Assembly (NCBI GenBank): GCA_050251875.1
Contig: JBFWMA010000003.1
Coordinates: 32,001 to 96,000 of the forward strand
DNA from: Deferribacterales bacterium
GTDB taxonomy: Bacteria; Chrysiogenota; Deferribacteres; Deferribacterales; Geovibrionaceae
Direction: 5' to 3'
Length of the DNA: 64,000 nucleotides
Below the pieces are notes generated by a model, which searched no databases, had not been told where the DNA came from, and worked only from the letters and a program-made list of their open reading frames with translations. Positions within the stretch are counted from its first letter, which is position 1, and each line of letters begins with the position of its first letter. Below, piece by piece: positions 1 to 9,622 of the stretch. Position numbers and translations under genes: made by a program.

Positions 1-423
1 GCAGGTGTCCGCGCATCCTCTGGCAACCATCACAGAAAAAGAACCGGATGACGAAAAGAACTGATTCTGTTCGTCTGCTTCCGCAAAGAGGGTATCCACA
101 GCGAAATCTTTATCCAGCATGCTCAGATTTTCCAGCGGAATTATTCTGTCATCGGAAAAGCCCATTTTTCTCAGCTTTTCGCCGGATGTTTTCGCCAGCC
201 CCTCAATGACATAAATATCCTGATGCTTCATCTCGCCCAGAACCCTGAGCCCTTCCTCTTCTCTGAATGTATTAAACGAACATCCGAAGAAAAAAACGGC
301 GTCACTGTCTTCTATTCTGTCTGTCAGCAGATGCCCGTTAGACTCCAGATATGATCTGACTTTTGAAATATCCAGCTGTCTTCTGGCGCATATTCCTTCC
401 AGATGAAAAAATACCTTTTTCAT
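1..423 (-). CDS. Radical SAM protein, methylthiotransferase-like (UPF0004-like N-domain); 5' part only, runs off the window
   Basis: Absent from the ORF track. My translation from ATG at 423: MKKVFFHLEGICARRQLDISKV...DAVFFFGCSF...YVIEGLAK...SFSVMVARGCADTC, the last residues being the start of CxxxCxxC. ATGA overlap with the upstream gene's stop. Confidence 0.75.
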   Translation of the reverse strand, partial: MKKVFFHLEGICARRQLDISKVRSYLESNGHLLTDRIEDSDAVFFFGCSFNTFREEEGLRVLGEMKHQDIYVIEGLAKTSGEKLRKMGFSDDRIIPLENLSMLDKDFAVDTLFAEADEQNQFFSSSGSFSVMVARGCADTC

Positions 424-1061
424 GAAAATACCCGCATAAAATTATTAAGGTGCAGCCCGTTCAGATGGGAAAGCATATTGTCGTTTTCCGTCAGCCTGCG
501 CATTATTTCTCTATAATAATCAAAAAGATATGGATATTTACCTATTCTTAAGGAAACTCTTTTGAAAAGGTTAACCGGCATGTCTCCGGTATTAAGCCGG
601 AAATATGTCATCCCGTCAAAAAGCGGCTCCAGATATCCGTCATTATCCGGATTCGGATTCTGCTTTTTATCATAAAAATATTTCTTTTCTGTTTCAGCCA
701 GCTTCATCATGTTGACTATAACGGACAGCATCAGAGCGGCGCATCCGTCTTCGCCCTCAGCATAATCAGCCAGAGTGTCCATTATAGAAACGATCCATCT
801 GATGTTGAGCTCTTTAGACAAAAAAGCGCTTTCTGACTTAACGATGTCATAAAAAGCCTTAAAATCAGCCTCGATATTGATTTCTCTTCTGATTGACACA
901 ATAAGTTTAGCGGTTTCATAGGCGAGAGCCGACAGCCCGGCAAAATCGTTTTTCATCATTTCGAAATGCCTGCCGAGATCTTTGTCGTATAATCCGCTGA
1001 GATTTTCCGCAGGCTCCACTTTTTCTGTTTTCAGCCGTGAGATGTCTTCAGGACTGAACAT
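420..1061 (-). CDS. Hypothetical protein (about 213 aa)
   Basis: Track ORF 420..1127; ATG at 1061 (MFSPED) preferred because it overlaps the methyltransferase stop and avoids a longer overlap. No recognised domain. Confidence 0.7.
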   Translation of the reverse strand: MFSPEDISRLKTEKVEPAENLSGLYDKDLGRHFEMMKNDFAGLSALAYETAKLIVSIRREINIEADFKAFYDIVKSESAFLSKELNIRWIVSIMDTLADYAEGEDGCAALMLSVIVNMMKLAETEKKYFYDKKQNPNPDNDGYLEPLFDGMTYFRLNTGDMPVNLFKRVSLRIGKYPYLFDYYREIMRRLTENDNMLSHLNGLHLNNFMRVFS

Positions 1062-1638
1062 TATTCGCCTGCCTGAAGCGGATTCCATAATAGATATCCT
1101 GATAGATATATTTAGCGGCTGGAACAAATGTAACTATTCCGCACCCCATATTCTCTTCGGTAAAAATCATTTCGGAGCCGGAAAACTCGGCGGAGATCTT
1201 TTCCATCCACCACTTATCCGGCTTAACTGTGCAGTGGGCATTCTGACCGTCCGGCAGAATCTGAGCGGCTGGGCGTGTGGCTATGTGAAAGAAAGCGTTG
1301 TCACTCAGCGACTTGATATGTCTGATGACGTCCACGCAGTCATCCTCTTTCACATGTTCCATAACGTCTGTGCAGATAACAAGATCGTATCTGCCTTCCG
1401 GCATTCTGCTTATCTCGTCTATGGACGGGTCATACCTGAAACATTTCACGCCTGCGGCTTCCGCAATCCTATCCGCCAGCCTGCTCTGACCGCATCCATA
1501 GTCCAGAACGGTCTTCGCCTGTAAATTTTCTATGATAAACCGGAGCATATGAACAAATCTTACGGAAGTATCGCCGTAAGCCTTGCTTTTGTGCACCTGC
1601 CTGTACTGATTTATAAGATATTCGTTAACCACTGCCAT
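1048..1638 (-). CDS. Class I SAM-dependent methyltransferase
   Basis: VLDYGCG motif I and YDLVICTDVMEHV; GGAGG RBS upstream. Confidence 0.88.
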   Translation of the reverse strand: MAVVNEYLINQYRQVHKSKAYGDTSVRFVHMLRFIIENLQAKTVLDYGCGQSRLADRIAEAAGVKCFRYDPSIDEISRMPEGRYDLVICTDVMEHVKEDDCVDVIRHIKSLSDNAFFHIATRPAAQILPDGQNAHCTVKPDKWWMEKISAEFSGSEMIFTEENMGCGIVTFVPAAKYIYQDIYYGIRFRQANNVQS

Positions 1639-1755
1639 AAAACTAGCCTCCGTAATTAAAAACAGCCTCTGTCCAGTAATTCGTTGAAACCGTTCTATCC
1701 TTATGATAATCTTTTAATTATCTTCAGGGTAACAAATTTCTTTATGGGTTACAGC

Positions 1756-3192
1756 ATGAAAAAGATTCCTGTTTACTTCATTATGCCGAATTTAAGCATC
1801 AGCGGCGTTCTGACCTTCTGCGAAAACGCTATCAACTACATCAATGCGTCCGACAGCGGATACGAAGCGGCGATACTCTACACCGGCACGGATGAAAACG
1901 CCGGAACATGCTCTGTACCGATAGTAAAACTGTCTGAAGGTTACCATTCTATAGAACATAATATCGTCTCTTTAATCAAATTCTTGAACAGCCACGAGAA
2001 GGCGGTCATCATCCCCAACTATATGTTCAGCATGCTCCCCGCCATGGCTTTTCTGCACAAAGGCATCATGCGGTTTTTCATCCTGCACAGTGACGAACAG
2101 GTATATTACGACTCCGCACGGCTGATGTGCAGCTATTTCGACACGATAGTCTGCGTCAGCGGATACATAGAGGGAAAACTTGTCGCCGCCGACCCATATC
2201 TTAAGGCGAAATCGAGCGTGATCCCATACGGAATAGACATCCCGGACAGCATGCCCGAAAAAAGCGGGCAGAACCCCATCAACATCATATACACAGGCAG
2301 ACTGCTGGAATATCAGAAAAGAGTCTCCCGGCTGGCGGAGATCGTCCTCAAGCTGGACGAAAAGACCCGTGACTACAGATTCGTCTTCGTGGGTGACGGA
2401 TCCAGCGCGCCGATGCTGAAACAGTCGCTGGCTCAGCAGGTGGACAGAGGCAACGTGCTTTTCACCGGAAGAGTCGGCAGAGAAGAGATAAACAGCTATC
2501 TTTCCGAGGCGGAGATTTTCGTCCTCACATCAGATTTCGAGGGAACCCCGCTGTCTCTTCTGGAGGCGATGGCATACGGCTGTGTTCCGGTGGTTAACCG
2601 CATAGAGAGCGGCATACCCGAGGTGATAGACAACGGAATGAACGGATTCATCATAGACGACTGTGTCATTGATGATTTCGTGGGCAGGATAATAGAGCTC
2701 AAAGATGACAGAAAACGGCTCTCATCTATGGCTGACAGAGCATATCAGAAGGCTGTCAGCGATTATTCCACACAGGTCATGAGCAGACGCTTTCTGGCAC
2801 TGTTCGACCGCTTCTTCGATTCTTGCCCGGCAGAGAGCAAACCGGCAGAGTTCAGCACAGAACCCTTCTCCTTCATCGTTCCCTGGCTCTATGAGCCGAA
2901 GATGGTCAGCCTGCTGAAATTTTTCGACAGGGTGGCGATATTCGGATGCGGAGCGGCAGGAAAAGCGACTCTCGACTTTATGAACGAGCTGTTCCCCGGA
3001 AAATGCGTTATGATGATAGATGACAATTTCAAAGACAAATTCTGGGGGCTGGACGTGGTTACCACCGAGGCTTTCTTAAATAACCATGAAGAAGAAGTAG
3101 ACATGGTGGTGTTCGGCGGACATCAGAAGATAAACCCTGCCCTGACTGAAAAGACTAAAAAACCCTTCATGAAACTGGATAATATCGTATGA
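1756..3192 (+). CDS. Glycosyltransferase family 4 with C-terminal Rossmann-like extension
   Basis: YTGRL, FVGDG and EGTPLSLLEAMAYG (EX7E) motifs; C-terminal VAIFGCGAAG. Start taken at MKKIPV. Confidence 0.88.
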   Translation: MKKIPVYFIMPNLSISGVLTFCENAINYINASDSGYEAAILYTGTDENAGTCSVPIVKLSEGYHSIEHNIVSLIKFLNSHEKAVIIPNYMFSMLPAMAFLHKGIMRFFILHSDEQVYYDSARLMCSYFDTIVCVSGYIEGKLVAADPYLKAKSSVIPYGIDIPDSMPEKSGQNPINIIYTGRLLEYQKRVSRLAEIVLKLDEKTRDYRFVFVGDGSSAPMLKQSLAQQVDRGNVLFTGRVGREEINSYLSEAEIFVLTSDFEGTPLSLLEAMAYGCVPVVNRIESGIPEVIDNGMNGFIIDDCVIDDFVGRIIELKDDRKRLSSMADRAYQKAVSDYSTQVMSRRFLALFDRFFDSCPAESKPAEFSTEPFSFIVPWLYEPKMVSLLKFFDRVAIFGCGAAGKATLDFMNELFPGKCVMMIDDNFKDKFWGLDVVTTEAFLNNHEEEVDMVVFGGHQKINPALTEKTKKPFMKLDNIV

Positions 3193-4004
3193 GCAAAAAA
3201 CTTGACGCTGTCTTCACCATCGACAAAAACTATATAGTCCACTTTTCCACAGCGCTCCTGTCGCTTCTGGAAAACAACCAAGACATCGCTTTCAGAATTT
3301 TTCTGATATATGACGGAGACAGAGACGACCTGAACCAGGTATCAGCATTTTTCAGAGAGAAATACGGCACAGACATCACCGTGCTGAATATAGACCCATC
3401 CCTCTTCAAAGATTTCCGGATAACACACCACATACAGCACGCCACATATTTCCGGCTGTGCATGGCGGATATCCTGCCTTCTGATGTGGACAAAGCGCTC
3501 TATCTGGACAGCGATCTGGTGGTGGACGGCAGTGTCTCCGATCTGGCTGATATCCAGATGGGTGACGAATATCTTCACGGAGTTGAGCATAATTTTAAAC
3601 TGAAATATAAACTGCATCTGGCGCTGTTCGGCATCCCGCCGGAATCGGATTATTTCAATGCCGGAGTCATGCTGATAAATCTGAAAAGATGGCGTCAGGA
3701 AGGACTCACCAAAAAGCTGATGGCTTTCGCTCTGGAAAAAAAGGACGATATCCTGTGGTGGGATCAGGATGTGCTGAACATCCTCCTGCGTGACGGCTGG
3801 AAAAAGATGCACCCGAAATTCAACTACATCTGGGAGATCATGGAATCCGAATCAGACGAGAAGGTAATTAAAGAGGCTCAGGCGGAGCCGGTCATTATAC
3901 ACTACACCCGTTCGGTGAAACCCTGGCACTCCAACAGCTATCACCCCCACAGAGATATTTATCACAAATACAGGGCGATGGTGCCCTTCGGAGATGATAT
4001 ATGA
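3189..4004 (+). CDS. Glycosyltransferase family 8
   Basis: YLDSD, YFNAGVMLINL, DQDVLN and HYT..KPW motifs. Confidence 0.92.
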   Translation: MSKKLDAVFTIDKNYIVHFSTALLSLLENNQDIAFRIFLIYDGDRDDLNQVSAFFREKYGTDITVLNIDPSLFKDFRITHHIQHATYFRLCMADILPSDVDKALYLDSDLVVDGSVSDLADIQMGDEYLHGVEHNFKLKYKLHLALFGIPPESDYFNAGVMLINLKRWRQEGLTKKLMAFALEKKDDILWWDQDVLNILLRDGWKKMHPKFNYIWEIMESESDEKVIKEAQAEPVIIHYTRSVKPWHSNSYHPHRDIYHKYRAMVPFGDDI

Positions 4005-4969
4005 GCACAGTGCTGGTGGTCGGCGGCGCCGGATATATAGGCAGCCACGCGGTGAAAGAGCTGAACAGGCAGGGACACTCCACGATAGTTCTGGACAGCC
4101 TGATATACGGCCACAGAGAGGCAGTCAGCTCCGGTGTTTTCATACACGGGGACATGGCGGACAGCGCTCTTCTGGATAAAATCTTCTCAGAAAATAAAAT
4201 AGACGCGGTGATGCACTTCGCGGCTTTCGCCTATGTAGGCGAATCCGTCACAGATCCCGAAAAATATTATTTCAACAACGTGGCGAACACACTGAACCTG
4301 CTGGCAGCCATGCGGAAACACGGATGCCTGAACTTCATCTTCTCCTCCACCTGCGCCACATACGGCGTTCCCGTGGAGATGCCCATCACCGAGGATCATC
4401 CCCAGAACCCCATCAACCCGTACGGACGGACAAAACTGATGGTGGAGAACATAATAAAAGATTTCAGCCATGCCTACGGGCTTAAATACATGATATTCAG
4501 ATATTTCAACGCCGCCGGAGCCGATCCGGAGGGAGGAATAGGCGAAGACCACGACCCTGAGACCCATCTGATCCCTCTGGTGCTCAGAGCCGCCATGAAA
4601 AACGGCACGGTAAAGATTTTCGGCACGGATTACGAGACTCCGGACGGAACCTGCGTCAGAGACTATATCCATGTCACCGATCTGGCTTCCGCCCATATTC
4701 TGGGGCTCGAAAGACTGCTGAGCGGCGGAGACAGCGATATATTCAATCTTGGCAACGGAAACGGGTATTCCGTGAAAGAGGTCATCGACTGCGCTGAAAA
4801 AATCACGGGAAAGAAGATAAAAGCGGAAGCAGAAGGCAGACGCGCCGGAGACCCGCCCGTTCTGGTGGGCGATGCCGAAAGAGCTGTCTCAGCGCTGGGC
4901 TGGAAACCACGCTTCGCCACACTGGAAGAGATAATCTCCACAGCATGGAGCTGGCACAAAAACAGATGA
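4001..4969 (+). CDS. galE: UDP-glucose 4-epimerase
   Basis: GGAGYIGSH, YGRTK (YxxxK), RYFNAAGA, DGTCVRDYIHV. Confidence 0.95.
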   Translation: MSTVLVVGGAGYIGSHAVKELNRQGHSTIVLDSLIYGHREAVSSGVFIHGDMADSALLDKIFSENKIDAVMHFAAFAYVGESVTDPEKYYFNNVANTLNLLAAMRKHGCLNFIFSSTCATYGVPVEMPITEDHPQNPINPYGRTKLMVENIIKDFSHAYGLKYMIFRYFNAAGADPEGGIGEDHDPETHLIPLVLRAAMKNGTVKIFGTDYETPDGTCVRDYIHVTDLASAHILGLERLLSGGDSDIFNLGNGNGYSVKEVIDCAEKITGKKIKAEAEGRRAGDPPVLVGDAERAVSALGWKPRFATLEEIISTAWSWHKNR

Positions 4970-5035
4970 TTCCCGCTATTAATATTCTCATGTTTTGACC
5001 GATTATATATTGAAAAACCACACAAGGAAAAAACT

Positions 5036-6142
5036 TTGAGTCAGTACAATATAGAAGACATATCATACACCATCACAGAATACTGCCCCGGTCCCTGCCG
5101 ATACTGCTCCATCTGGAAACAGAAGGATAGAAGAGGCGAGGAGCTGACCCAGGCGGAGCTGGACAGCGTTTTTTCATCAAAGCATCTTAATCTGAAAAAA
5201 GTACACCTCACAGGCGGCGAACCGCACATGAGCGACACATACTTCCGTGTGGTGGACAGCATATACAAATATCACAACGAAGTGGTGATAGACTCCCCCA
5301 TCACCGGATGGTTTCCCGACAGACATGTGGAGGTGGCGGAATACGTTCTGAAAAAGCACCCCCTCTATCGCCTGGACATATCCCTGGACGGCGATGAGAA
5401 GACCAACGCCCTCATCCGCCTGCGCAAGGACGGTTTCAAAACATCGCTGGAAACAGTGGAAAGACTGAAAAAGCTGAAAGGAATGGTGCTGAGATTCCAG
5501 TTCACCATTTATAAAGAGAACCTGCACCAGATAGAGTGGATATACAACTTCGCCAAAGAGATGGGCGTGGGGCTCTACATCGGATACGGACGATACAGCA
5601 GTGAAAGATATAAGAATACTCAGGACAATCTGGAGAACTGCCCCCTTTCCAAAGAGAGCTTCTTCTGGACTGATGACGAGCTGAAACAGATAGACGAACA
5701 GCTCAGAAAGATCGGATACGACCAGAGCAGGTACAAGAGCAAATATCTGCTGCAAAAGGCTGTCTATGAGGGGCAGAAAATAGATTTCGACTGTTTCATG
5801 GGCAGACGAAGCATAGATGTTGACCCATACGGAAACATCTTCCCCTGTCTTCTCTGGCTGGACTATCTGAAGCTGGGCAATATCAGAGAGGCGGGAAGTT
5901 TTGACGCCGTTCTGGAGAGCGAAACAGCCCTGAGAGTTTTAAGCGATATAGAGAATAAAAGATGCCATCCCGACTGTCTCTACACCTGCGCCAACAAAAT
6001 GAAACTGATAAATCCGGAGATACCGGCCGTGGGGATGATAAACTACGGCGCTTCGAAATACGGCTATATTTTCAGTGACATAGACGTCATAAAGATACAC
6101 CCGTGGTGGTATGACGAATATGTCGAGAGAGGCATACTTTGA
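5036..6142 (+). CDS. Radical SAM protein with SPASM/twitch-type C-terminal domain
   Basis: CPGPCRYC, LTGGEP, ISLDG; C-terminal CFMG...GNIFPC and CHPDCLYTC. TTG start. Confidence 0.88.
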   Translation: MSQYNIEDISYTITEYCPGPCRYCSIWKQKDRRGEELTQAELDSVFSSKHLNLKKVHLTGGEPHMSDTYFRVVDSIYKYHNEVVIDSPITGWFPDRHVEVAEYVLKKHPLYRLDISLDGDEKTNALIRLRKDGFKTSLETVERLKKLKGMVLRFQFTIYKENLHQIEWIYNFAKEMGVGLYIGYGRYSSERYKNTQDNLENCPLSKESFFWTDDELKQIDEQLRKIGYDQSRYKSKYLLQKAVYEGQKIDFDCFMGRRSIDVDPYGNIFPCLLWLDYLKLGNIREAGSFDAVLESETALRVLSDIENKRCHPDCLYTCANKMKLINPEIPAVGMINYGASKYGYIFSDIDVIKIHPWWYDEYVERGIL

Positions 6143-7197
6143 TCTGGTTCGATCTGGTAACACCTAAATCAGTGATGTTCTTCCGCCCTTTCATCGAAAA
6201 GATAAAAGAGCGGGGAAAAACTGTACTGATTACAGCCCGTGAGGGTGAAGGATATAAAGAGGTGGTTGACCTGCTGAACCTCTATAAGATGGAATTCGTG
6301 AACAGAGGATTTTTCGGCGGGGCGAATCTCGGCGACAAGCTGAAAGCCTCCATCCACCGCCAGCTAGCCCTGATGGAATACATAGAACAGCGCAGCATAA
6401 CCAAGCTGGTGTGTCTGTGCAGTGTGGACGCCAACAGAGTGGCTTTCGGGCTGGGTATTCCGATAGTCAATTTTTATGACATACCGCTTTCCGACTGCAC
6501 AGCTAATTTCAAAAAAGCTCTGCCTCAGGCGAGGCTGACCCTGCCTCTGTCCACCAAGGCTTTCAGACCATATATGGTTCCCCAGACAATCTTTGAAAGG
6601 TTCTCTCTGGAGTCCGACCAGATACACGAATACAACTTTCTGGATGTGGTGGCGTGGCTTCACGATTTCAAACCGTCCAGAGAATTCTTTGACGATTTTC
6701 TGCGTTCCAGAGGACTGGACAAAAACAAAAAGACGATCGTGGTAAGAGAAGAAGAGTTCAAGGCGTCATATGTGGGCAAAAAATATCCCATGCTGTATGA
6801 CGGTCTGAAGATAATAAAAGAGAAGATGAATGTAAATATCATCCTGATTCCCAGATATGAGCCGGAACCGCTTAAGGCGATGTTTCCCTTCGCCACAGTG
6901 GTGGAGGAAAAGATGGTCATCCAGCATCTTCTGGCGTTCGCCGATCTTTTCATCGGCGGCGGCGGCACGCTGAACTCCGAGGCATGCTTCTTCGGCACGC
7001 CCACTATATCCACACGGTCATTCATTTCTCATTATGACAAATTACTGATAGACAACAATCTTATGGAAAAAGCGGATACAAAGGAAGAGCTGGCGGAGAT
7101 ATCAGAAAAAATCATCTCCAAGAGAAACAATCCCAAGGCGCTTTTCGACACCATGACATTCGATCTGGATTCTATAGTAGACGAAATACTTCGTTAG
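6139..7197 (+). CDS. DUF354-family protein (GT-B-like fold)
   Basis: N-terminal IWFDLVTPKSVMFFRPFI and C-terminal ADLFIGGGGTLNSEACFFGTPTIS resemble DUF354; 4-bp overlap with the radical SAM gene. Confidence 0.75.
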   Translation: MIWFDLVTPKSVMFFRPFIEKIKERGKTVLITAREGEGYKEVVDLLNLYKMEFVNRGFFGGANLGDKLKASIHRQLALMEYIEQRSITKLVCLCSVDANRVAFGLGIPIVNFYDIPLSDCTANFKKALPQARLTLPLSTKAFRPYMVPQTIFERFSLESDQIHEYNFLDVVAWLHDFKPSREFFDDFLRSRGLDKNKKTIVVREEEFKASYVGKKYPMLYDGLKIIKEKMNVNIILIPRYEPEPLKAMFPFATVVEEKMVIQHLLAFADLFIGGGGTLNSEACFFGTPTISTRSFISHYDKLLIDNNLMEKADTKEELAEISEKIISKRNNPKALFDTMTFDLDSIVDEILR

Positions 7198-8423
7198 GGC
7201 TGTTTTTTTATAATTTCGGCAAGCTCTCTGAGGGCTGTCTTCATGGTGCGCACTCTGATAGCGTCCCTGTCGCCTGACGGAAAATTATATCTCTTAGTCA
7301 CCACGGTTTTATCCACCACATAGCCTATGCAGACAGTCCCCACAGGTTTTTCATCCGTCCCGCCTCCGGGTCCGGCAACACCTGTTACGGAGACAGCGCA
7401 TCTGGTGCGTATCTGGTTCGCCACGCCCACCGCCATCGCCTTTGCGCATTCCTCGCTGACGGCTCCGTGCTGAATCAGAATATTCTCAGGAACTCTCAGC
7501 AGACGCATCTTCACATCGTTGCTGTAGGCGATTATCCCGCCCATATAAACTTCGCTCGATCCGGCGATGTCTGTCAGCTCTTTTCCGATGAGCCCGCCTG
7601 TGCAGCTCTCCGCTGTGGACAGCGTCATATTCTTCTCTTTCAGAAGGCGCAGAAGCATAGAAGCCATCGTATCGTTTCCGAAGCAGATGAACTGCTCGGG
7701 GAATCTGTTTTTCACCCTGTCGGCGTATTCGTCCAAAACATCTTTGTCAAACCCTCTGAGCTTGACTATTATCTCGCCCTTGGCAACGTTGATTATGCAC
7801 TCCATGCCTTCGGGAAAACCGAACTCCCTCAGCACATCGTCCACATCGGATTCCGGCAGACCGCCTATGCGGATATCCACGCTGTAGCGCTCTCTCATGT
7901 CAAATTTTGACCTGAGATAAGGCATCACATGGTTGTCGAACATCATATACATTTCATAGGGAACACCGGGCATGCTTATTATCGTGCCCTTGCCCCTGCT
8001 GACGGAAAAGCCCAGAGCCGTTCCGCTTCCGTTTGGAAATGTGACGCATCCTTCCGGAAGCATCGCCTGTCTGTAGTGGCTGTCTTTTATCGTTACTTTG
8101 AATTTTGAAAGCCGGCTAATCATATGAGCCTTCGCCTCTTCGTGCATCACGGTTTTCAGCCCTGCCGCTTCCGCCACAGTCTCCGCCGTGAGATCATCGA
8201 ATGTCGGTCCCAGCCCGCCTGTGGTGAATATCAGTTCATACTCATCCAGCGCCCTGCTGAAGATATCTACGATCATCTCTCTGTTGTCCGGAATCAGACG
8301 AACCTGATCCACATTGAACCCCGCCTTGGTGAGTCTGGAGCCCAGCCATGAGGAATTGGTATCCACGATGCTCCCTTCCAGAAGCTCGCTGCCGACAGCA
8401 AAGATACAGCACTTTACAGACAT
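7194..8423 (-). CDS. cinA: CinA-family protein (MoCF-like domain plus PncC NMN amidohydrolase)
   Basis: GSELLEGSIVDTN, TGGLGPTFDD, TAESCTGG, TGVAGPGGG. Confidence 0.92.
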   Translation of the reverse strand: MSVKCCIFAVGSELLEGSIVDTNSSWLGSRLTKAGFNVDQVRLIPDNREMIVDIFSRALDEYELIFTTGGLGPTFDDLTAETVAEAAGLKTVMHEEAKAHMISRLSKFKVTIKDSHYRQAMLPEGCVTFPNGSGTALGFSVSRGKGTIISMPGVPYEMYMMFDNHVMPYLRSKFDMRERYSVDIRIGGLPESDVDDVLREFGFPEGMECIINVAKGEIIVKLRGFDKDVLDEYADRVKNRFPEQFICFGNDTMASMLLRLLKEKNMTLSTAESCTGGLIGKELTDIAGSSEVYMGGIIAYSNDVKMRLLRVPENILIQHGAVSEECAKAMAVGVANQIRTRCAVSVTGVAGPGGGTDEKPVGTVCIGYVVDKTVVTKRYNFPSGDRDAIRVRTMKTALRELAEIIKKQP

Positions 8424-8436
8424 TTCATCCCCCGAA

Positions 8437-8904
8437 TCAGATATGTGAATACAGCAGAGCGTATCCGCCGTATAAAAGAATCATAACTATCATAGAGTAA
8501 ACAGCCGCCAGCAGGTCGTCCAACATGACCCCCAGACCGCCCTCTATCTTTTCCAGTTTTTTTATGGGATAGGGTTTAGTGATGTCAAAAATACGGAAAA
8601 GAACAAAACCGATAAGCAGGCTCACTATATTAACCGGATAGAACAGGAAAATCATATAATATGCCGCTATCTCGTCTATGACGACCTCAGAGGCATCCTT
8701 CTTTCCGGTGAGCTGTTCGTATCTGTCCGCCGCCTTCACTCCGCCCACCAGCAGAACGAGGAAAATCAGCGCCTTCGCCCAGTAAGGCAGTGTGCCTGTG
8801 AGTGCCGTCAGAAGAACGGCGAAAACTGTGCCGAATGTTCCGGGAGCGAATTTTGTGAGACCCGATCCGAACCCCACAGCGTAAAATTTTAAAAATCTAT
8901 CCAT
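8437..8904 (-). CDS. pgpA: Phosphatidylglycerophosphatase A
   Basis: APGTFGT, DASEVVIDE, FRIFDITKPYP, GVMLDD. Confidence 0.93.
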   Translation of the reverse strand: MDRFLKFYAVGFGSGLTKFAPGTFGTVFAVLLTALTGTLPYWAKALIFLVLLVGGVKAADRYEQLTGKKDASEVVIDEIAAYYMIFLFYPVNIVSLLIGFVLFRIFDITKPYPIKKLEKIEGGLGVMLDDLLAAVYSMIVMILLYGGYALLYSHI

Positions 8905-9622
8905 TGTTTTCCTGTAATCTCAGAGCCTGTTTCAGGTCTATCTTTCCTTCGTAATAAGCCTTTCCGGTGATTGCTCCCAGAATTCCTTTTTTGCCTGCGA
9001 GCGCCTCTATGTCTTCTATGCCTTTCAGACCGCCGGAGGCTATCACGGGATATTTTATATCCTCAGCCAGCTTAATAGTCGCTTCGGTGTTGATACCTGT
9101 CAGCATGCCGTCACGGGATATGTCGGTGTATATCACGCTTTCGGCGGTGTATCCGGCATAGCTGTTTATCAGATCGGCGGCGGTGACGCTGCTCTTCTCA
9201 TACCAGCCCTCGGTCGCCACATATCCGTCTTTGGCGTCCACGCCCAGAATTATTCTGTCGGGATACGTCTTCATCGCCTCTTTGACAAACTCGGGGTCTT
9301 TCACAACCACAGTGCCTAAGATGCCGTATTTCACGCCTATGTTGAAATATGCTTTCAGCCTGTCCATGTTGCGGATTCCTCCGCCCACTTCTATATCCAT
9401 TCCGGCTTTCGCCACTATCTTTTCTATCAGGTCGAAGTTAGTCGCCTCGCCCTTTTTCGCCCCGTCCAGATCGACTATGTGCAGGCGTTTCACGCCCATG
9501 TCGGCGAACTGTTTCGCGGCGTCCAGAGGGTTATCGAAATATACGGTGAAATCATCCATGTCCCCCTGTCTCAGCCTGACGGCTTTTCCGTTCAGAAGGT
9601 CTATGGCGGGTATTATCAGCAT
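8897..9622 (-). CDS. hisA: ProFAR isomerase
   Basis: IIPAIDL, VDLDGA, GGGIR, TDISRDGMLTG, ASGG. Start taken at MLIIP. Confidence 0.95.
   Translation of the reverse strand: MLIIPAIDLLNGKAVRLRQGDMDDFTVYFDNPLDAAKQFADMGVKRLHIVDLDGAKKGEATNFDLIEKIVAKAGMDIEVGGGIRNMDRLKAYFNIGVKYGILGTVVVKDPEFVKEAMKTYPDRIILGVDAKDGYVATEGWYEKSSVTAADLINSYAGYTAESVIYTDISRDGMLTGINTEATIKLAEDIKYPVIASGGLKGIEDIEALAGKKGILGAITGKAYYEGKIDLKQALRLQENNG

Noticed and set aside
982..1524. 180-aa plus-strand ORF
   Set aside because: Antisense to a clear methyltransferase gene and has no motifs.
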